Shown: one piece after another, positions 38,225 to 51,140 of the stretch
Numbering within the stretch: the stretch's first letter is position 1
Layout: the number at the start of each line of letters is the position of its first letter
Assembly: GCF_018977255.1 (NCBI RefSeq)
Contig: NW_024704742.1
Coordinates: forward strand, 37,140,001-37,204,000
DNA length: 64,000 bases
Source of the DNA: Callorhinchus milii
Taxonomy: Eukaryota
Direction: 5' to 3'
The notes under the pieces: generated by a model
What the model saw: only the letters and a program-made list of their open reading frames with translations
What the model was told of the DNA's origin: nothing
The model's database searches: none
Position numbers and translations under genes: made by a program

Positions 38225-39770
38225 GTGTCCGCTCAGCTGCCACTGCCCTCCCAACTTCCAGCCTCTCCCTACCCCCACCGCACACAATTACCCATCCGGC
38301 AATTACCCATTCCTTCTTCCACACCTTTGAACCCATCACCCCCTCCTCTGTCTTCAACACGGTAACCTCCATGAAGTCCACCACCTGCTCCCTCGACCTC
38401 GTCCCTACCTCTCTCCTTAAATCCCAACTCCACTTCCTTGCCCACAGCATGGAAACTGCTCTGGTCAAGGTCACAAATGACATCCTGACCATGTGTGACC
38501 AGGGCTCCCTCTGCCTCCTCGTCCTCCTCAACCTCACTGCCGCCTTTGACACTGTGGACCACTCGATCCTCCTCCACCGCCTCTCCTCCCACCTCAACCT
38601 TCAAGGTTCTGTCCTTGACTGGTTCAGATCCTACCTTTCACACCGCCTCCACTCGTCGCGGTAAGCGGTTTCTCCTCCAGCCCCCGCACCGTCTTGTGCG
38701 ATGTTCCTCAGGGCTCTGTTCTTGGTCCCCTCCTCTTCACCCTCTACATGCTCTCCCTTGGTGACATCATCCGCAGGCATGGGGTGAATTTCCACATGTA
38801 TGCGGATGACACCCAACTCTACCTCTCTGCTTCCACCCTGAACTCCAGGACTACTGGGGTGCTGACCAACTGCCTGTCCAACATCAAGTCCTGGACAAGG
38901 GCCAACTTTCTCCAACTCAACTTCAGCAAGTCCGAGGCCCTCCTGATTGGCTCGCGCCAGTGCCTCCGCATCTCAGGAGCTGGAAGCATCAGCCTCCACG
39001 GTTGCACACTCAACCTCACTAAGTCAGTCAGGAACCTGGGTGTCTTGTTTGAGCCTGAACTGTCCTTTCTGCCCCACATCTGCGCCATGACCGGCACTGC
39101 CTACCACCATCTCTGCAACATAGCCAGACTCCGCCGCTGCCTCACCCCTCAGGCTGTCAAAACACTCATCCACGCAATCGTCACCTCAAGGCTTGATTAC
39201 ATGAAATCCCTCCTCATCGGCCTTCCCAACTCTTCCCTTCACAAGCTGCAGATCATCCAAAACTCTGCAGCTCGTGTTATCTCACGCACCAGGCTCCGTG
39301 ACCCCATCACTCCCTCCCTCGCCCGACTCCACTTGCTCCCTATCCCCCAGGAGATCGAGTTCAAGATCCTCGTCCTCACCTTTAAGGCCATCCATGGCCT
39401 TGCCACCTCCTACCTCTCTGATCTGCTGACTTCCTACCAACCTGCCCGCTCCCTCCATTCATCAGGCTACGGCCTACTCCATGTCTCCCGCCCTACCATC
39501 GGTGGCCGGGCTTTCAGCCTCTCTGCCCCCACACTCTGGAACTCCATCCCACGGTCCCTTCGACTCGCTTCCTTCCTTGCCTCCTTCAAGGCCGGACTCA
39601 AGACCCTTCTCTTCGTCCGTGCCTTTGGTCTCCCTCCCAACCCTCTGCCTTCCGTCACTCCTACAACACCCCTCCCCCATACTCGGGCCCCGACACCTGA
39701 CTGTTAAGCGCTTTGGGACGTCCTCCCGACGTGAAAGGTGCTCTATAAATGTAATTTTGTTGTTGTTGTT
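38225..39770 (+). mobile_element. L2-clade LINE, ~1.55-kb 5'-truncated and frameshifted RT plus 3' end
   Basis: [50 protein letters not shown] and TSRLDY in ORFs 38218..38664 and 38694..39707; stem-loop tail and (GTT)n. Confidence 0.95.
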
Positions 39771-41772
39771 GGGGTACTAGTGATGTTTAATCAATCAACT
39801 AGAAGGCTTGCAATTCCCTACAATTTTCTCCCTTCCTCTTCTGAAAGATTGACTTTTTGCTGGGGTATGATTCCATGGGTATTTGTTGTCTTCTGGCACC
39901 TCAACCAAATATGTGTAGACGAGGGGGAAATGAGGCCATTTGCAGCATCACCACAACTGCCACAGGTCAGGTTTGCTAAGTCAGCACAGAATTGGAATTG
40001 AATTTAATCTTTCAGTATTCCTGGTCTGGATTGTTAGTGCTTGTAGAAGCATATTGTGTACACTATTACACTACAATAAATCTGCTTTTCTCAAATCACG
40101 TTTTATATGAAGTTCTCAATTGTGGCATTGCTTTATGATTAGTTTCCCAAGTGCCTGTGTCACGTATTGAGTAAAATCTTGCAAATGTGACCTACTTGAC
40201 CGTTTCAGAAATGATTCACAGTTTATTACTTTTCGTCCAAAAACCTTTTCATGGCAAAACATTTACCTTAATCTGTGCATTTCAGGTTAACTCTTAGTCA
40301 ATAATTAATTTGGATTTCTTGGTCTGAGACAAAGTAGATAGCAGTAGGCCTAAAGAAGCAGCTGAAGAATTTCTAGTTCATAGTTATTGAATTTTCTGCC
40401 CCTAGGGGTTAAGATTGAAGGCTAGGTGGAGTGGAACATTTTCTCATGTTTTTCTCTATTAAGCACATCCAGGTCAAGTGCCCCATGAGCTTCTTTTACA
40501 CTTAATTCTGATCTTAAAGGAGCACACCTCCTCCCATTGCTATATCAGTGAGTTTTCTTCATGTCCACACTTGCCCTCCTTGAACAACATCTTATTTCAT
40601 GTCCTGAGTGAGACTCATTGTTGTGTTGTGGCTCCATGGTTGGGTTGAAACTGCTCAAACTGCTTTCTCAGGCAGCAGGATTCCTAGATGGAGTTCTAGA
40701 CAGACTGGTTGAAAAACTTGTCCACCGATGGTGAGGTGGGACAGATGGAAGATATGAAGCAGGCATTACATTCTACAAAAAATGTAACATTCATGCTTTA
40801 TGTTCAGTATTTAATTTCCTTGCACTTTGATAACAGTGTATATTCTTCAGTTATTTCTAAGCTGTACCATATTTAAGTCTGGATGCCCGTGTGCAGTAAA
40901 GTTATTCTGTGGGGATCAAAAGAGACATGTTTGCATTTGTATGAGGACCCACATTAGTTGGTGATCCTAAGACCTGTGCCACATTATGCCTGATCTGAAC
41001 TGTCTGGAATATTGATGTTAAATGTTTAACTTGGTACAGATGCTTAGATCTATTCTGTTAAATGTAGCTGAATTTTATAATATTCCAATCATTGGATAAT
41101 GGTGTAATTAAAATTGCTTACTGAGTAACATAACACATCTTTATTCCTGACTTTTGTTTATTTTTTGGGGGGGGAACTATAAAGACAATTAAAGATAATT
41201 TTGAATCAAAAGAGAACATATGTGGATGATAAAAATCTATTATTTTCATTTTTTTCATGTTTTTTTCTTCTACTGGGGTGAAGTTCCATTAGTGTAAGAG
41301 ATTCTAGCATCTCACTAAAATAACTCCTGTATGACTATTGAACATTGTAAGGCTGTATATCTCACCTGATGCTGTCCTCACCCTATATTCACATGCATTG
41401 TGCCTTTCAAATCAGAAGAGTGTCTCAAGGATTTCCACAGAGCCGGCTAGGAGCCCAAGCTGGGGTATTTAAGGAAGGTGTGGTGATGGGGGGTGGTGCT
41501 GGGGAGTTTATAATCATGCATTGACTATCGGATACAAGTCCAGTATGTGTATCTGTCAGTTAATCCATGGCTAACTTTAATACCTGTCAAAAGCCTTCGG
41601 GGAATGAAGAGAATAAATTGGTAAACGTTGGTTTAACCTTCTCCCCCCTGAAAAAAATTGCCCATTGGTTTATAATCTAAATGTAAAATTGGTTTAGAAG
41701 AGTGAATCATTCCCATACCTCACAACATTTGTGATCTTTTTAAACCATACTGAACTATTGTTATCTTTACAG

Positions 41773-41838
41773 ATGCACGTGTATTCTCTTGGAATGACAT
41801 TGTACTGGGGAGCAGACTATAAAATACCTCTGAATCAG
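41773..41838 (+). CDS. PTPN13: PTPN13 coding exon 3 (KIND domain)
   Basis: Acceptor tctttacag|ATG; MHVYSLGMTLYWGADYKIPLNQ; donor CAG|gtgagt. 66 nt, phase 0-0. Confidence 0.97.
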
Positions 41839-41952
41839 GTGAGTGCTGTAGTTTTTCAGTTCTGTATTCAAAGGTATATATATTTGCAGCTGAAGCTGGA
41901 TGGGCATATTGAATACAATTCAGAATTTTCATGCCTATGTTCAGATTATTGA

Positions 41953-42053
41953 ATATTTTATCCCTGTACCACTTCCCTAAAACTACTTCAAACTGAAACA
42001 CCATATTTTATCCCTATACCACTTCCCTAAAACTTACTTCAAACTGAAACACC
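41953..42053. repeat. Tandem duplication of a 50/51-bp unit
   Basis: atattttatccct(g/a)taccacttccctaaaac(t)tacttcaaactgaaacacc occurs twice. Confidence 0.95.
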
Positions 42054-43363
42054 AAAATTCCACCTAAATATTAGCCATGGAAGCTGTGTGTCCAACCTCC
42101 TGGTGTATTGTATACCCAGACTCAATCAGGGAGCATCCTAATGCATCCTTATCACTATATATGAGAATTAGGGAGTTAGTATAGTGTAAGAACCCAGAAA
42201 TCAAGCCATAAAATGTTTTAATTCTTAATATAACTTCATGAATAAGATTCAGTCTTATTTGAATATTTTGAATCAGTTACAACCTTCTTGCAATAGATTC
42301 TTGTGAACTTTAATCATAGCAATAACAACTTATTCAAGAGATCATTGATAATGATTCATTGACTCTGTATTTATTTAAAGAGAGAAGGTGTCCTTAATTT
42401 TCTCCCCCAAATCGATACTGGTGCCAAATATAAGGCTGGTTTTATTATACCTGTTTTGAACTTTATCCGCATCAAAGAGAATTGGCATTGACAGCTGTAT
42501 TCTTAAATATAAACAGATGGTTTGGGAAACTTTTAACAGATGGAAAGTGTGGCATTCCAAAAAAAGTTTACTGCTCTTGAAGTCGAGATGTGTGTAACTT
42601 TGTTGATTTGTCTACTAGTAGTGTCTCAAATTGTTAGGTGCCAACTGTTTTGTTTTATAATTTGCATTTCATAAATTGTTATTGTCTTTCCAGTGCCCTT
42701 TTGAAACATTACTGCCAATAAATGGAATGATTTAAAGCTGCAGGTTACGCATGACTCAAAGGAGAGAACAATAGAGGAGTGTTCATTTCCTCATCCACCC
42801 TCCCATCTAAATAATTTGGAAAATAAATGATCATATCATTTCCCTCCTTACAGAAATTATTTGTGGTACCTTCTGGGTATTAACGATGCTTTTTAAATGC
42901 TAAAGTTAGAAGTGAAGCACAAATCATGTACAATGCATACCAGCAGCTGTTTGGGAAAGTACCAATAATTTGCAACTGGGTTTGGTTTGATTTAGTTTGG
43001 TTTGTAAATATGTTATCACAATTACAGTACATTCATGTAATATTCAGCAGACTTAATAGTTTTTTTTTAAAAATGCGAAGCGTTTTAAAAACTTGTGCTG
43101 CTGTATATTTATGGAGTGACAGCCTTGATGTTCAGTGATGTGGTTTATTATGCTGGCTGACAAGTCAATCAAGCCAAAAGAACTTTGTGGTGTCTGGAAA
43201 TTAACGTCACTGTGAAAGAGGTTATTGCCTGGAGCGGGAATTTAGCTGCTTTGTTGTTAGTTGTCAGTTCTACAGTTGTGCTGGGAAATCCATACTTCGA
43301 TTATTGATATCCCCAATTTAAAAATTTGAGGTTTTTTTAATAAATATAACTGTTATAATTGTT

Positions 43364-43401
43364 ACATGTGAGTATGTAATCAATATTACATACTCACATG
43401 T
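43364..43401. repeat. Perfect 17-bp inverted repeat with 4-nt loop
   Basis: ACATGTGAGTATGTAAT-caat-ATTACATACTCACATGT. Confidence 0.95.
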
Positions 43402-43714
43402 TTATTGGTGTGTTCTATAGTTAATGCTATATGTCCTCATTCAGGACCTCATTAGTTTTGTTGGTACAATTTAGTAGTACTTTCCAATTTTTGGGGGGCC
43501 CCATAACAACATCAAAGAAAAATGATCTCCTCACAGAAAACAATAATTATCTCACAGCTACTGCAAATAGAACTGTGAAATAGATGATGCAACACTGAAC
43601 ATATCACAACTTGTCATCACCACATATTTACACATAAATATTTTGAAAGTATTGCACAGTTGGTTACGATTTAAGTAGCAATTGCCAATGATCTACAGAA
43701 TGATGCTGTATAAT

Positions 43715-44180
43715 CAGGACTTGGAATTCATTTAGTCTAAGCTGATTCTGCAATGCTGTGCTGGAGAGCGATGAATTGTCAGAGAGGCTGATGCTGCCCT
43801 TCAGATGAGATGTTAAATCAAGGTCCCGTCTGTCTGTTCAGTTGGACATTAACAATCCCATGGTGCCTTGAGAAAAGTATAATTTTCTTGGCCAAGAATC
43901 CCCCAGATAAAATTGGGCATTCACTTCTTGGCTATTTATGAGTCATTGCTGGTCACAAACTCATTTAAAAACAGCTTGATGGGGTCCTGTCGAGTGGATA
44001 TTCTGGAGGGCTGAGATTCGATGGGCCTTCAATATCGAACTTGTACTCTTGTGAAAATGGCTGTTGAATTCACCTACAAAAAAACATAGTTATTCCTGTT
44101 TACAGTGTATCATGTAAAGTGTTAGAGGCATCATCCTGACATGAAACGCCATAAATCAAATGTAAGGATTATTATTATTC
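43715..44180 (+). mobile_element. Old Deu-domain SINE, degraded and interrupted
   Basis: cttcagatgagatgttaaatcaaggtcccgtctgtctgttcag...aatcccatgg; tail aaatcaaatgtaaggattattatt. Confidence 0.7.
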
Positions 44181-44313
44181 TTAATCCAGGCATGTGTCTT
44201 TCTTGCATCAATATTAATGAAGACTGTCAGTGTTAATACTTTGTGTTGTGTTACTTTTTAATATTGACACAGATCTAACCAGAGCAATTGTTTTTCCTCC
44301 CTGTGAATTTTAG

Positions 44314-44499
44314 CCAATCAAACTGGGAGATCACCTGAACAGCATATTGTTGAGTATGTGTGAGGATCTGATGTACACTCGAGTGACTGTGAGGACCACT
44401 TTAGATGCCTGCAGTGCTCATATCCGGAACACCAATTGTGCGCCAGCTTTCTCATATGTTAAACAGCTGGTAAAACTTGTCTTGGGAAGCCTAACTGCT
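44314..44499 (+). CDS. PTPN13: PTPN13 coding exon 4 (end of KIND domain)
   Basis: Acceptor ttttag|CCA; PIKLGDHLNSILLSMCEDLMYTRVTVRTTLDACSAHIRNTNCAPAFSYVKQLVKLVLGSLTA; donor GCT|gtaagt. 186 nt, phase 0-0. Confidence 0.97.
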
Positions 44500-45419
44500 G
44501 TAAGTACTCGTTGGCTGTGAAGTTCAATTATTCTGTCCAGTATTATTTGTATTATTGAGGTGGGGGGTATCAGTGCAGCAAATGTATTGCTATTGGCAAA
44601 TGTGACGTGTTTCCAGATGTCGGAACAAAGGCACAGAAGGAGGCTGTTCAGCCCATCAAGCTTGTGGCACAAGTTTCTTACATCTATACAGCTCTGTTAA
44701 TTAAATGTTTCTGCCTTCATATCCCTCAATGCCCTTATTTCCAAGGTATTTATTAAGCTCCCTTTTTAACATCTCAATTGATTGTGTTATCATATGCCCT
44801 ATTATAATGAGATTTAGAAAGAAAGAACTTATATTTTCACACCTTTATCATTTCAAAGAATTTTGCTAAGTAGTTGACTGTTTATAGGGAAACCCAGCAG
44901 CCTTTGCGCTTGGGGAGGTTCCACAGACAGTCATGAGACAAATGACCGAGTAATATGAAGGATTGTTGGCCAGGATGTCGGGATTGTTAATGTCTATGTA
45001 AAGCAGATATTTATTGAAGTGAAAACAAGCAAAAGACCATCAACATCACCAGTCAGTGTCTGAAAATCAAAGGGTTAATGAGAATATAGGACTTGCTAGA
45101 CAAGAAAAGGCCAAGGTCCGTCTAGTCTGCCTTCTCCCATCCTGCTAGTCGCATGAGAAGTTGACAGCAACTCATTCTGTATGGATTAAATGAATAGTGT
45201 ACCAAAGTGCATGGTGTTCATGCTTTAACCTGCATTACTCTAGCTGAAAATTATATTTTGAGTTTTGGCTTTTATCCCTCCCATATAGCAATACTTCCCC
45301 ATTATGAGAATAGGTAACAAGCCAATATTGGTAAATATGAAGTTCTTACTGAACAAGGATTTAACATTGTTTCGTAATTGGATTAAAATTAATAACTTGT
45401 ATGTACTTTTGTTTTGTAG

Positions 45420-45507
45420 CTTGATCAGCTCTCTGTCAATACAGTCAGCAAACCAGATCGTAACCAAGAAATCCGGGATCGACTGAGAGGAAAGGGCCTT
45501 CCAGTGG
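45420..45507 (+). CDS. PTPN13: PTPN13 coding exon 5
   Basis: Acceptor ttttgtag|CTT; LDQLSVNTVSKPDRNQEIRDRLRGKGLPV(G), matching recalled human KPDRSQAIRDRLRGKGLPTG; donor GTGG|gtatgt. 88 nt, phase 0 to 1. Confidence 0.96.
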
Positions 45508-46649
45508 GTATGTCTGTTAAGAGAGTAAAACATACCCTTCCTAAGGTACCTCATTCCTTAACATTAGGTGCCAAAACAGAACATGGTGCCAAAACAGTCC
45601 AAATGACTTCTCACCAGTGATCTATATAACTAGAGAAGAACCTCCTTATTTTTATATTTCAGATCCCTTATTTAAAAAAAACCAGCATCCCATTTGCCTT
45701 ATTGATTCCTTTCTGCGTTATAATGATCTCTTTATTATTTAAATTTATTACAGTAAAACTAAATATGTTTCTTTACCCACGTTTAATGAAGATTATAATA
45801 CAACTTGCATTACATAGCACTCTTCATGCGGAGTAGCATCTCGTATTGGTTAAAATTAAGATTACAGGTTAGAGCATTTTATCACTTCAATGTCTTTAGT
45901 GTTCGGAATGGTGTTGCAGTTATTAAAGTGATTGAAAATAGGGATATTTTAATATTAATATTAATTAATTTGACGAAAATCTTCATGATCATACCTTCAA
46001 GATGTATATAGCAACACTGTTGAAACCATGACTACATTAGCGTGTTGAACAAATGTTTCAGAAAAAAAACTACTGCATCGGCAGTAAAAGTGAACAATGG
46101 GAAGAATAAAACATGGGATGAACCAGCTGTTGGCAAGCGATCATTCATCTCCCAACTACAGTGCGCACGGCTCAAAAGAAATGACATTAGTTAAATACAT
46201 TGCATGACGTATACCTGCACGACCTGTTCTCAATTAGATGTGTCACCTTGGAAAGAAAAAGCAGGATATGATTCATAGATCTGAGCAGCATGCAGAGGTG
46301 TTGAAATATTATTTGGCATTGTGTAATCTGAAGCAGCTGGATGATTGAGTGAACTCTCTCAGATAATGATAATGATATTTTAGGACCTAATCTTATGCAG
46401 GAAAATATGTGGAATTGACTGACCTGTTGTGTGATTGATTTCTGCCCGTGTCCCATCTATCAGGACCTGAAAACATGGAGACTCATGCTCTCTATATAAA
46501 CTTACATAATAGTGACTGAAAATGAAATGTAAAGCTTTAACATTTTCAAGTTTTGATATTTTTCTGCTCTACTGTACACCAGAAGACAGAATGAGCAGAA
46601 AAGCACATTCTACAAGTAATGATACATTGAAGGTTGCAATTTTGCAAAC

Positions 46650-46864
46650 TGGATTTGTTGTGTGATTAAAATCTTCTGGTTTGCAAAATTTGCAGCCAGC
46701 AGATCATGAATTCCAAGTCAGCAGAGTCCGAAAATGCCATTGAGAAATAGCCGGCCATTAAGCTTTCTTATTTTTTTGAATGGTTTGTATTTTGCCAACT
46801 TATGAACTGCAAATATCACCACAAATTTTGCAAACCAGATGTTACAATTAGTACAACAAATCCA
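46650..46864. mobile_element. Degenerate palindromic MITE-like element
   Basis: Left tggatttgttgt...tctggtttgcaaaatttg; right caaattttgcaaaccaga...acaacaaatcca. Confidence 0.65.
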
Positions 46865-47449
46865 CATCAGGAATATGACAAATTAGATCCCAGTCACACT
46901 GCTAGATTATTTAAAATTACTGGTCAGTGGGAGCAGTCATTCATCCTAACACTGAAAAAGAAATAGAAATGCCTTTGTGCCTGACTTGTTAAAGGTCGGC
47001 TCTGCAGACCTACTCACTGTGGATCATTTACTTGAAATTAGATATTATGCATTGACCCTGGTTTTACTGCATTTTATCCATCCCCTTATTTCCCCTAATA
47101 AAGCTTGGCCTTCTTCCTCCTAATTTACTGACTTTGATGCACATATCTCTCTCTGGTGCAATTATCTCTAGTCTGTTATCAATTTGTGGCACCAATGCAG
47201 CACTCCAGGAGTATTTAACTTGGCTGCTAACTCTATTTTCTCTAGTGACACAAACCAACTGAGTACCTATTTATGTCAAAATGTGTTATCTCCATTCCTG
47301 AAATGTTTCCAGTCAAATGAAATCACAGGAATGCTAGCCTTCAGGAGAGTGTGGAGAAACCAATCCCTTGAATCCCCAACCAGAACACTAAACATGTTTA
47401 GTGAGGTGAGAATACCACATCAAGTAGCAGGAGACTGAACTAGTGTCAG

Positions 47450-47720
47450 TCAGGGATGAGCACCTGAGCTGATGGTTGGGATCAGGAGTTGTGGAGGGTT
47501 ACCAAAGGCACGATTGAAGAGGAGGGTCTTGAAGGAGAAAAGGGAGGAGGGTGGAGAGGCTGAGGCCATAGAGACTGAGGCCCACCCACCAATGGTGGGG
47601 CAGGAAAGGCAGGGGACATCAAGCAAACCGGAGCCCGCTGAGCAGAGGGAGTGGACAGATTGGTAGGGGGTTAGGAGGTCACAAAGGTAGAGAGGAGCAA
47701 GCTCATGGAGGGCCTTATGT
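47450..47720 (-). mobile_element. L2-clade LINE 3' fragment
   Basis: KALHELAPLYLCDLLTPYQ...FKTLLFNRAF in ORF 47450..47734. Confidence 0.8.
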
Positions 47721-48475
47721 ATTGACAATTGCACTAGAGAGAGTAAAGTGTATTGAGAGTTCCATGTTTAAACTGATTTCTTCTGGAAAACCTGTAAAGA
47801 TGTAAAGGAGAGCATCCCTTGCATTTGGTATCAGTCAACCCTTTGCACCCCTTACATCTGGTATTATTCATTTGTGGTTTTCATTGATGCACTGGGAAGA
47901 GATACAGTGTGTTAAGATTAGCGCAGTATATTGCATCTGATCTCCTACTCCTCTTCCAGAACATTGCTTCAGAAATCATACAGCTATATTATGGCAGGTG
48001 TCCACTGAGCTGATGAAAAGTTATATTAGAGTCACATTTTAAGATTATTGTTGGGAGTCCAGAAAATATCAATCAATCTATATAATGAAGCTGATTCAGA
48101 TTAATTGCGTTGCACAGTTCACAATAAGTGACGGCAATGGCAACCTGATGACCCCAAAGTCTTTTGGCAGGAGAACTGGCCATAATGAGGCTGGTGAGCT
48201 GCCTGCATGTACAGTGAATGGGGTCCACACACATCAAATCAGTGCTATATGAAGGAGATTGGTATAACACAGCTCCACTGTATTTAAAGAAAAGGAATAC
48301 TTTGAATTAAATCTCTCATTACATTTTTCAACATTTAACTGAATCTGTTTTTTGAAATCTGTTTATTTATGGCCAACTTTTTTTTCCTGACTTTGTCTAC
48401 CATTGCTCTTTAAAAAAGACATGAAAGTGTTTTGTTGATTCATATAGATCTGCATAGTTCTCTTGTAGTGTGAGT

Positions 48476-48757
48476 AGAGAGACCTGAGTTCAATTCCAGG
48501 CAGGTCAGGGCGAAACCTTGGGCAAGTTTCCTTACTCCACACAGAGCCTAATAATAATCCCTCCAAAAACCCAAAACAATAATAAATTGGTCATTTTCAA
48601 TCCAGGACTGTTTGTGGGACATTGCTGTGCGCAATTGGCTGCCGCGTTCGCCCACAAATATGCAGTCAATTCACTTTACAGTGTGTTCTGTGAAGCGCTT
48701 TGGGACGTCCTCCCGACGTGAAAAGCGCTATATCAAATGCGAGGATTATTATTATTA
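48476..48757 (+). mobile_element. Young SINE lacking the A-box part of the head
   Basis: B box, body and (ATT)n tail near-identical to the 4175 copy; ends about 240 bp upstream of the 537-nt exon. Confidence 0.92.
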
Positions 48758-48999
48758 GAATGGTCAACAGCTACTTTGCCACTTAACATGGGGTGAGATT
48801 AAGTTAAGATGCACAAAATGTCTCATATTACGACCTTATATGACACTGTTCCACGATATTTGTTAAGCGGGGGAAAGGAAGAAGAGATGGAAAACCGTGT
48901 GCAAAAATAGCAGCTGATGGGAGTAACAGTAAGAGCTCTGTATTATGATTACTCATATTATAGTACTTTGATGGACATATTGCCATTTCATCTTTTTAG

Positions 49000-49536
49000 G
49001 GAAAAGTCCAACTGCCAACACCTTGGAAAGATACAAAGCACAATTTTGTGACCCGATCTCACTGAACCGAAGACTCAGCAAATCTATGGGTTTCTTAGCA
49101 ATTTCTGACAGAACAGCAGAAGACGACTCTTCTCACTACACTGCTTCTTCACATGAGGATGCCATAGATGTCTACTACAGACGTCGATCTAGACCTGATG
49201 ATTTGGAGAGGAGGTCTAATTTCAGTGCTGGTACTGGTCGTAGGAAGAAGTTCTGGACCTCCACAGTTGACCTGGGCTATCACAGTGGTAAGATAGTAGC
49301 ACTTGGGGATGATCCTCAGAGACACAGCCCTTGTCAACAAGGAAAAATTAGACCTAATAAGAATGCTTCCATCGCCAGGGAGGCAAAGTACTCAGACTGT
49401 GGTCAAACACTTGGTCTTCAAAAACCTCACCATATGTCAGAACTTTCAATGCCATCTGCTCTCTCGGGGGCTTATGAAAGGATTAAAGATCGGCAGAAGA
49501 AACTGGAAGTCTTGAGAGAGGCTATGGATATGGACG
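49000..49536 (+). CDS. PTPN13: PTPN13 coding exon 6 (linker between KIND and FERM)
   Basis: Acceptor tttttag|GG; contains LSKSMGFL, KKFWTSTVDL, EAKYSD and ERIKDRQKKLEVLREAM, motifs matching recalled human PTPN13; donor GACG|gtaagc. 537 nt, phase 1-1. Overlaps track ORF 49023..49607. Confidence 0.95.
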
Positions 49537-50119
49537 GTAAGCACAATATTCTATGCATGTTATTAGCTGCCTGGTTGAAGGAGAAGTGCAAGATAGATAT
49601 TGGCTAATATTTCCTTGGCAGGAACCTGGAGTTTTCCAACTCCTTGGGACGTCCTCCCAATGTGAAAGGTGCTATACAAATGTAATTTTGATGTTGCTGT
49701 TGTTGGAGTTGGGGAGAAATCGTGTACTGAGTCACTGTTTTAGCTGTTTTTGTTTGCGATGGTTCTGCTTTTTCATAGTTGTTTAGGAAACCTACCTGTA
49801 TGTTGAAAATTGGTGTGTACTGCATTGAATCCTTTAGTGAGAAGGGATACAGTATGTTAAGAAACAATATTTTTTTTATTGCTGTTATGCATATATTACC
49901 AAGTATAGAACTTATCCCTTAACCTGCTCAACTCAGCATTAGTTATGCAAACCGTATCCGATGCCACTGTTGCGAAAGGGTGACACCTACTGAGACTGGC
50001 AGGGTGATAACTGTTGGATGAATGTAAGCTGTTGTCTTTGCTTGACTGATATCAGTCCTGCAAGAGAAATTATAATTCAATTACACAATTATATTTAATC
50101 TGAATGAGATAGCACCATT

Positions 50120-50435
50120 TGTCAACCTGGCTCAATTGATAGCACTCTGAGCTCTGAGTCAGAAGGTTGTGGGTTCAAGTCCCACATTGGGACTTTGAAC
50201 TCATCTAATTTAGGCTCACACTCCAAACCAGTGCTGGGGGATTGCTGCATTGTTGAAGGTGCCATTCTTCAGATGAGACGTTAAACTGAGATTTGATCTG
50301 CCTGTTCAAGTGGATACTACAGATCCCATAGCGCTATTCAAAAATAAAAGGGGGTTTCTCCTGGTGTCCTGAACAACAATCCCCCAAATATAATTGGTCA
50401 TTCACTTTGAGGCTGTTTGTGAGACACTATGTGTT
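50120..50435 (+). mobile_element. Old Deu-domain SINE (SacSINE1/AmnSINE1-like), best-preserved copy
   Basis: tggctcaattgatagcactc...ggttgtgggttcaagtcccac head; ggtgccattcttcagatgagacgttaaac...gatcccatagcgctattc...ggtgtcctg Deu-type core. Confidence 0.8.
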
Positions 50436-51045
50436 TAAAGTCCCAATGTGGTACATATGGAGTGTGTTTACTTGCATTTCTTTATGCAGCTTTACATTTT
50501 ATTACTTTGTTGGACAGAATTAGAGTTTTGCTCTCCATTTTTTCATTTTACTTTCTGCTATAAAGAGAGCAAGGCAAAAATAAGGATGAAACTCAGCAAA
50601 TTTATTGGTGCTATTTGCTGACTACATAGCTGTAGCAACTCTCAATCAATATCATTGTAAAAAAGCAATCTAGTTTCCTCTTCCATTTCTTGACACACTC
50701 TGCTTCTACTCCCACCCTAGTTAGTCTATTCCACATATTCACCACTTAATCGAGTCATTCTGACAGTCCATTTAAGTATCATTTTACATTAACAAGGCTG
50801 GACTTCAAAGGTTAAGGAAAATAGGAGCTGGATTGATTTCAGCAGACCATTAAATCGTTTCCGCATAATGGTTCTCAACTATATTTTCTGGTTTTATTTT
50901 AGTGATGAAACATAGAATCATAGAACTATACAGCACAGAAGGAGGCCATTCGGCCGATCGTGTCTATGATGGCTCTTTGAAAAGAGCTTCCAAATCAATC
51001 CCAAGCTGGTTCCTTTCAATTTATCAAAATCTAGATGATATTGTT

Positions 51046-51140
51046 ATAATAATAATCCTTGCATTTGATATAGTGCCTTATCACGTCTTCGAGATGTCTC
51101 AAAGCGCTTCACAGAATATACTGTAAAGTTTAGTGACTGT
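51046..51140 (-). mobile_element. SINE 3' fragment
   Basis: ataataataatccttgcatttgatatagtgcc...ctgtaaagt. Confidence 0.85.

Noticed and set aside
38694..39707. 337-aa RT ORF as an active or domesticated gene
   Set aside because: 5'-truncated L2 copy with a frameshift near 38660 and internal deletions; no endonuclease domain or promoter.
26974..49536. Assignment to the paralogue FRMPD2
   Set aside because: The N-terminus and linker motifs match recalled PTPN13 much more closely.
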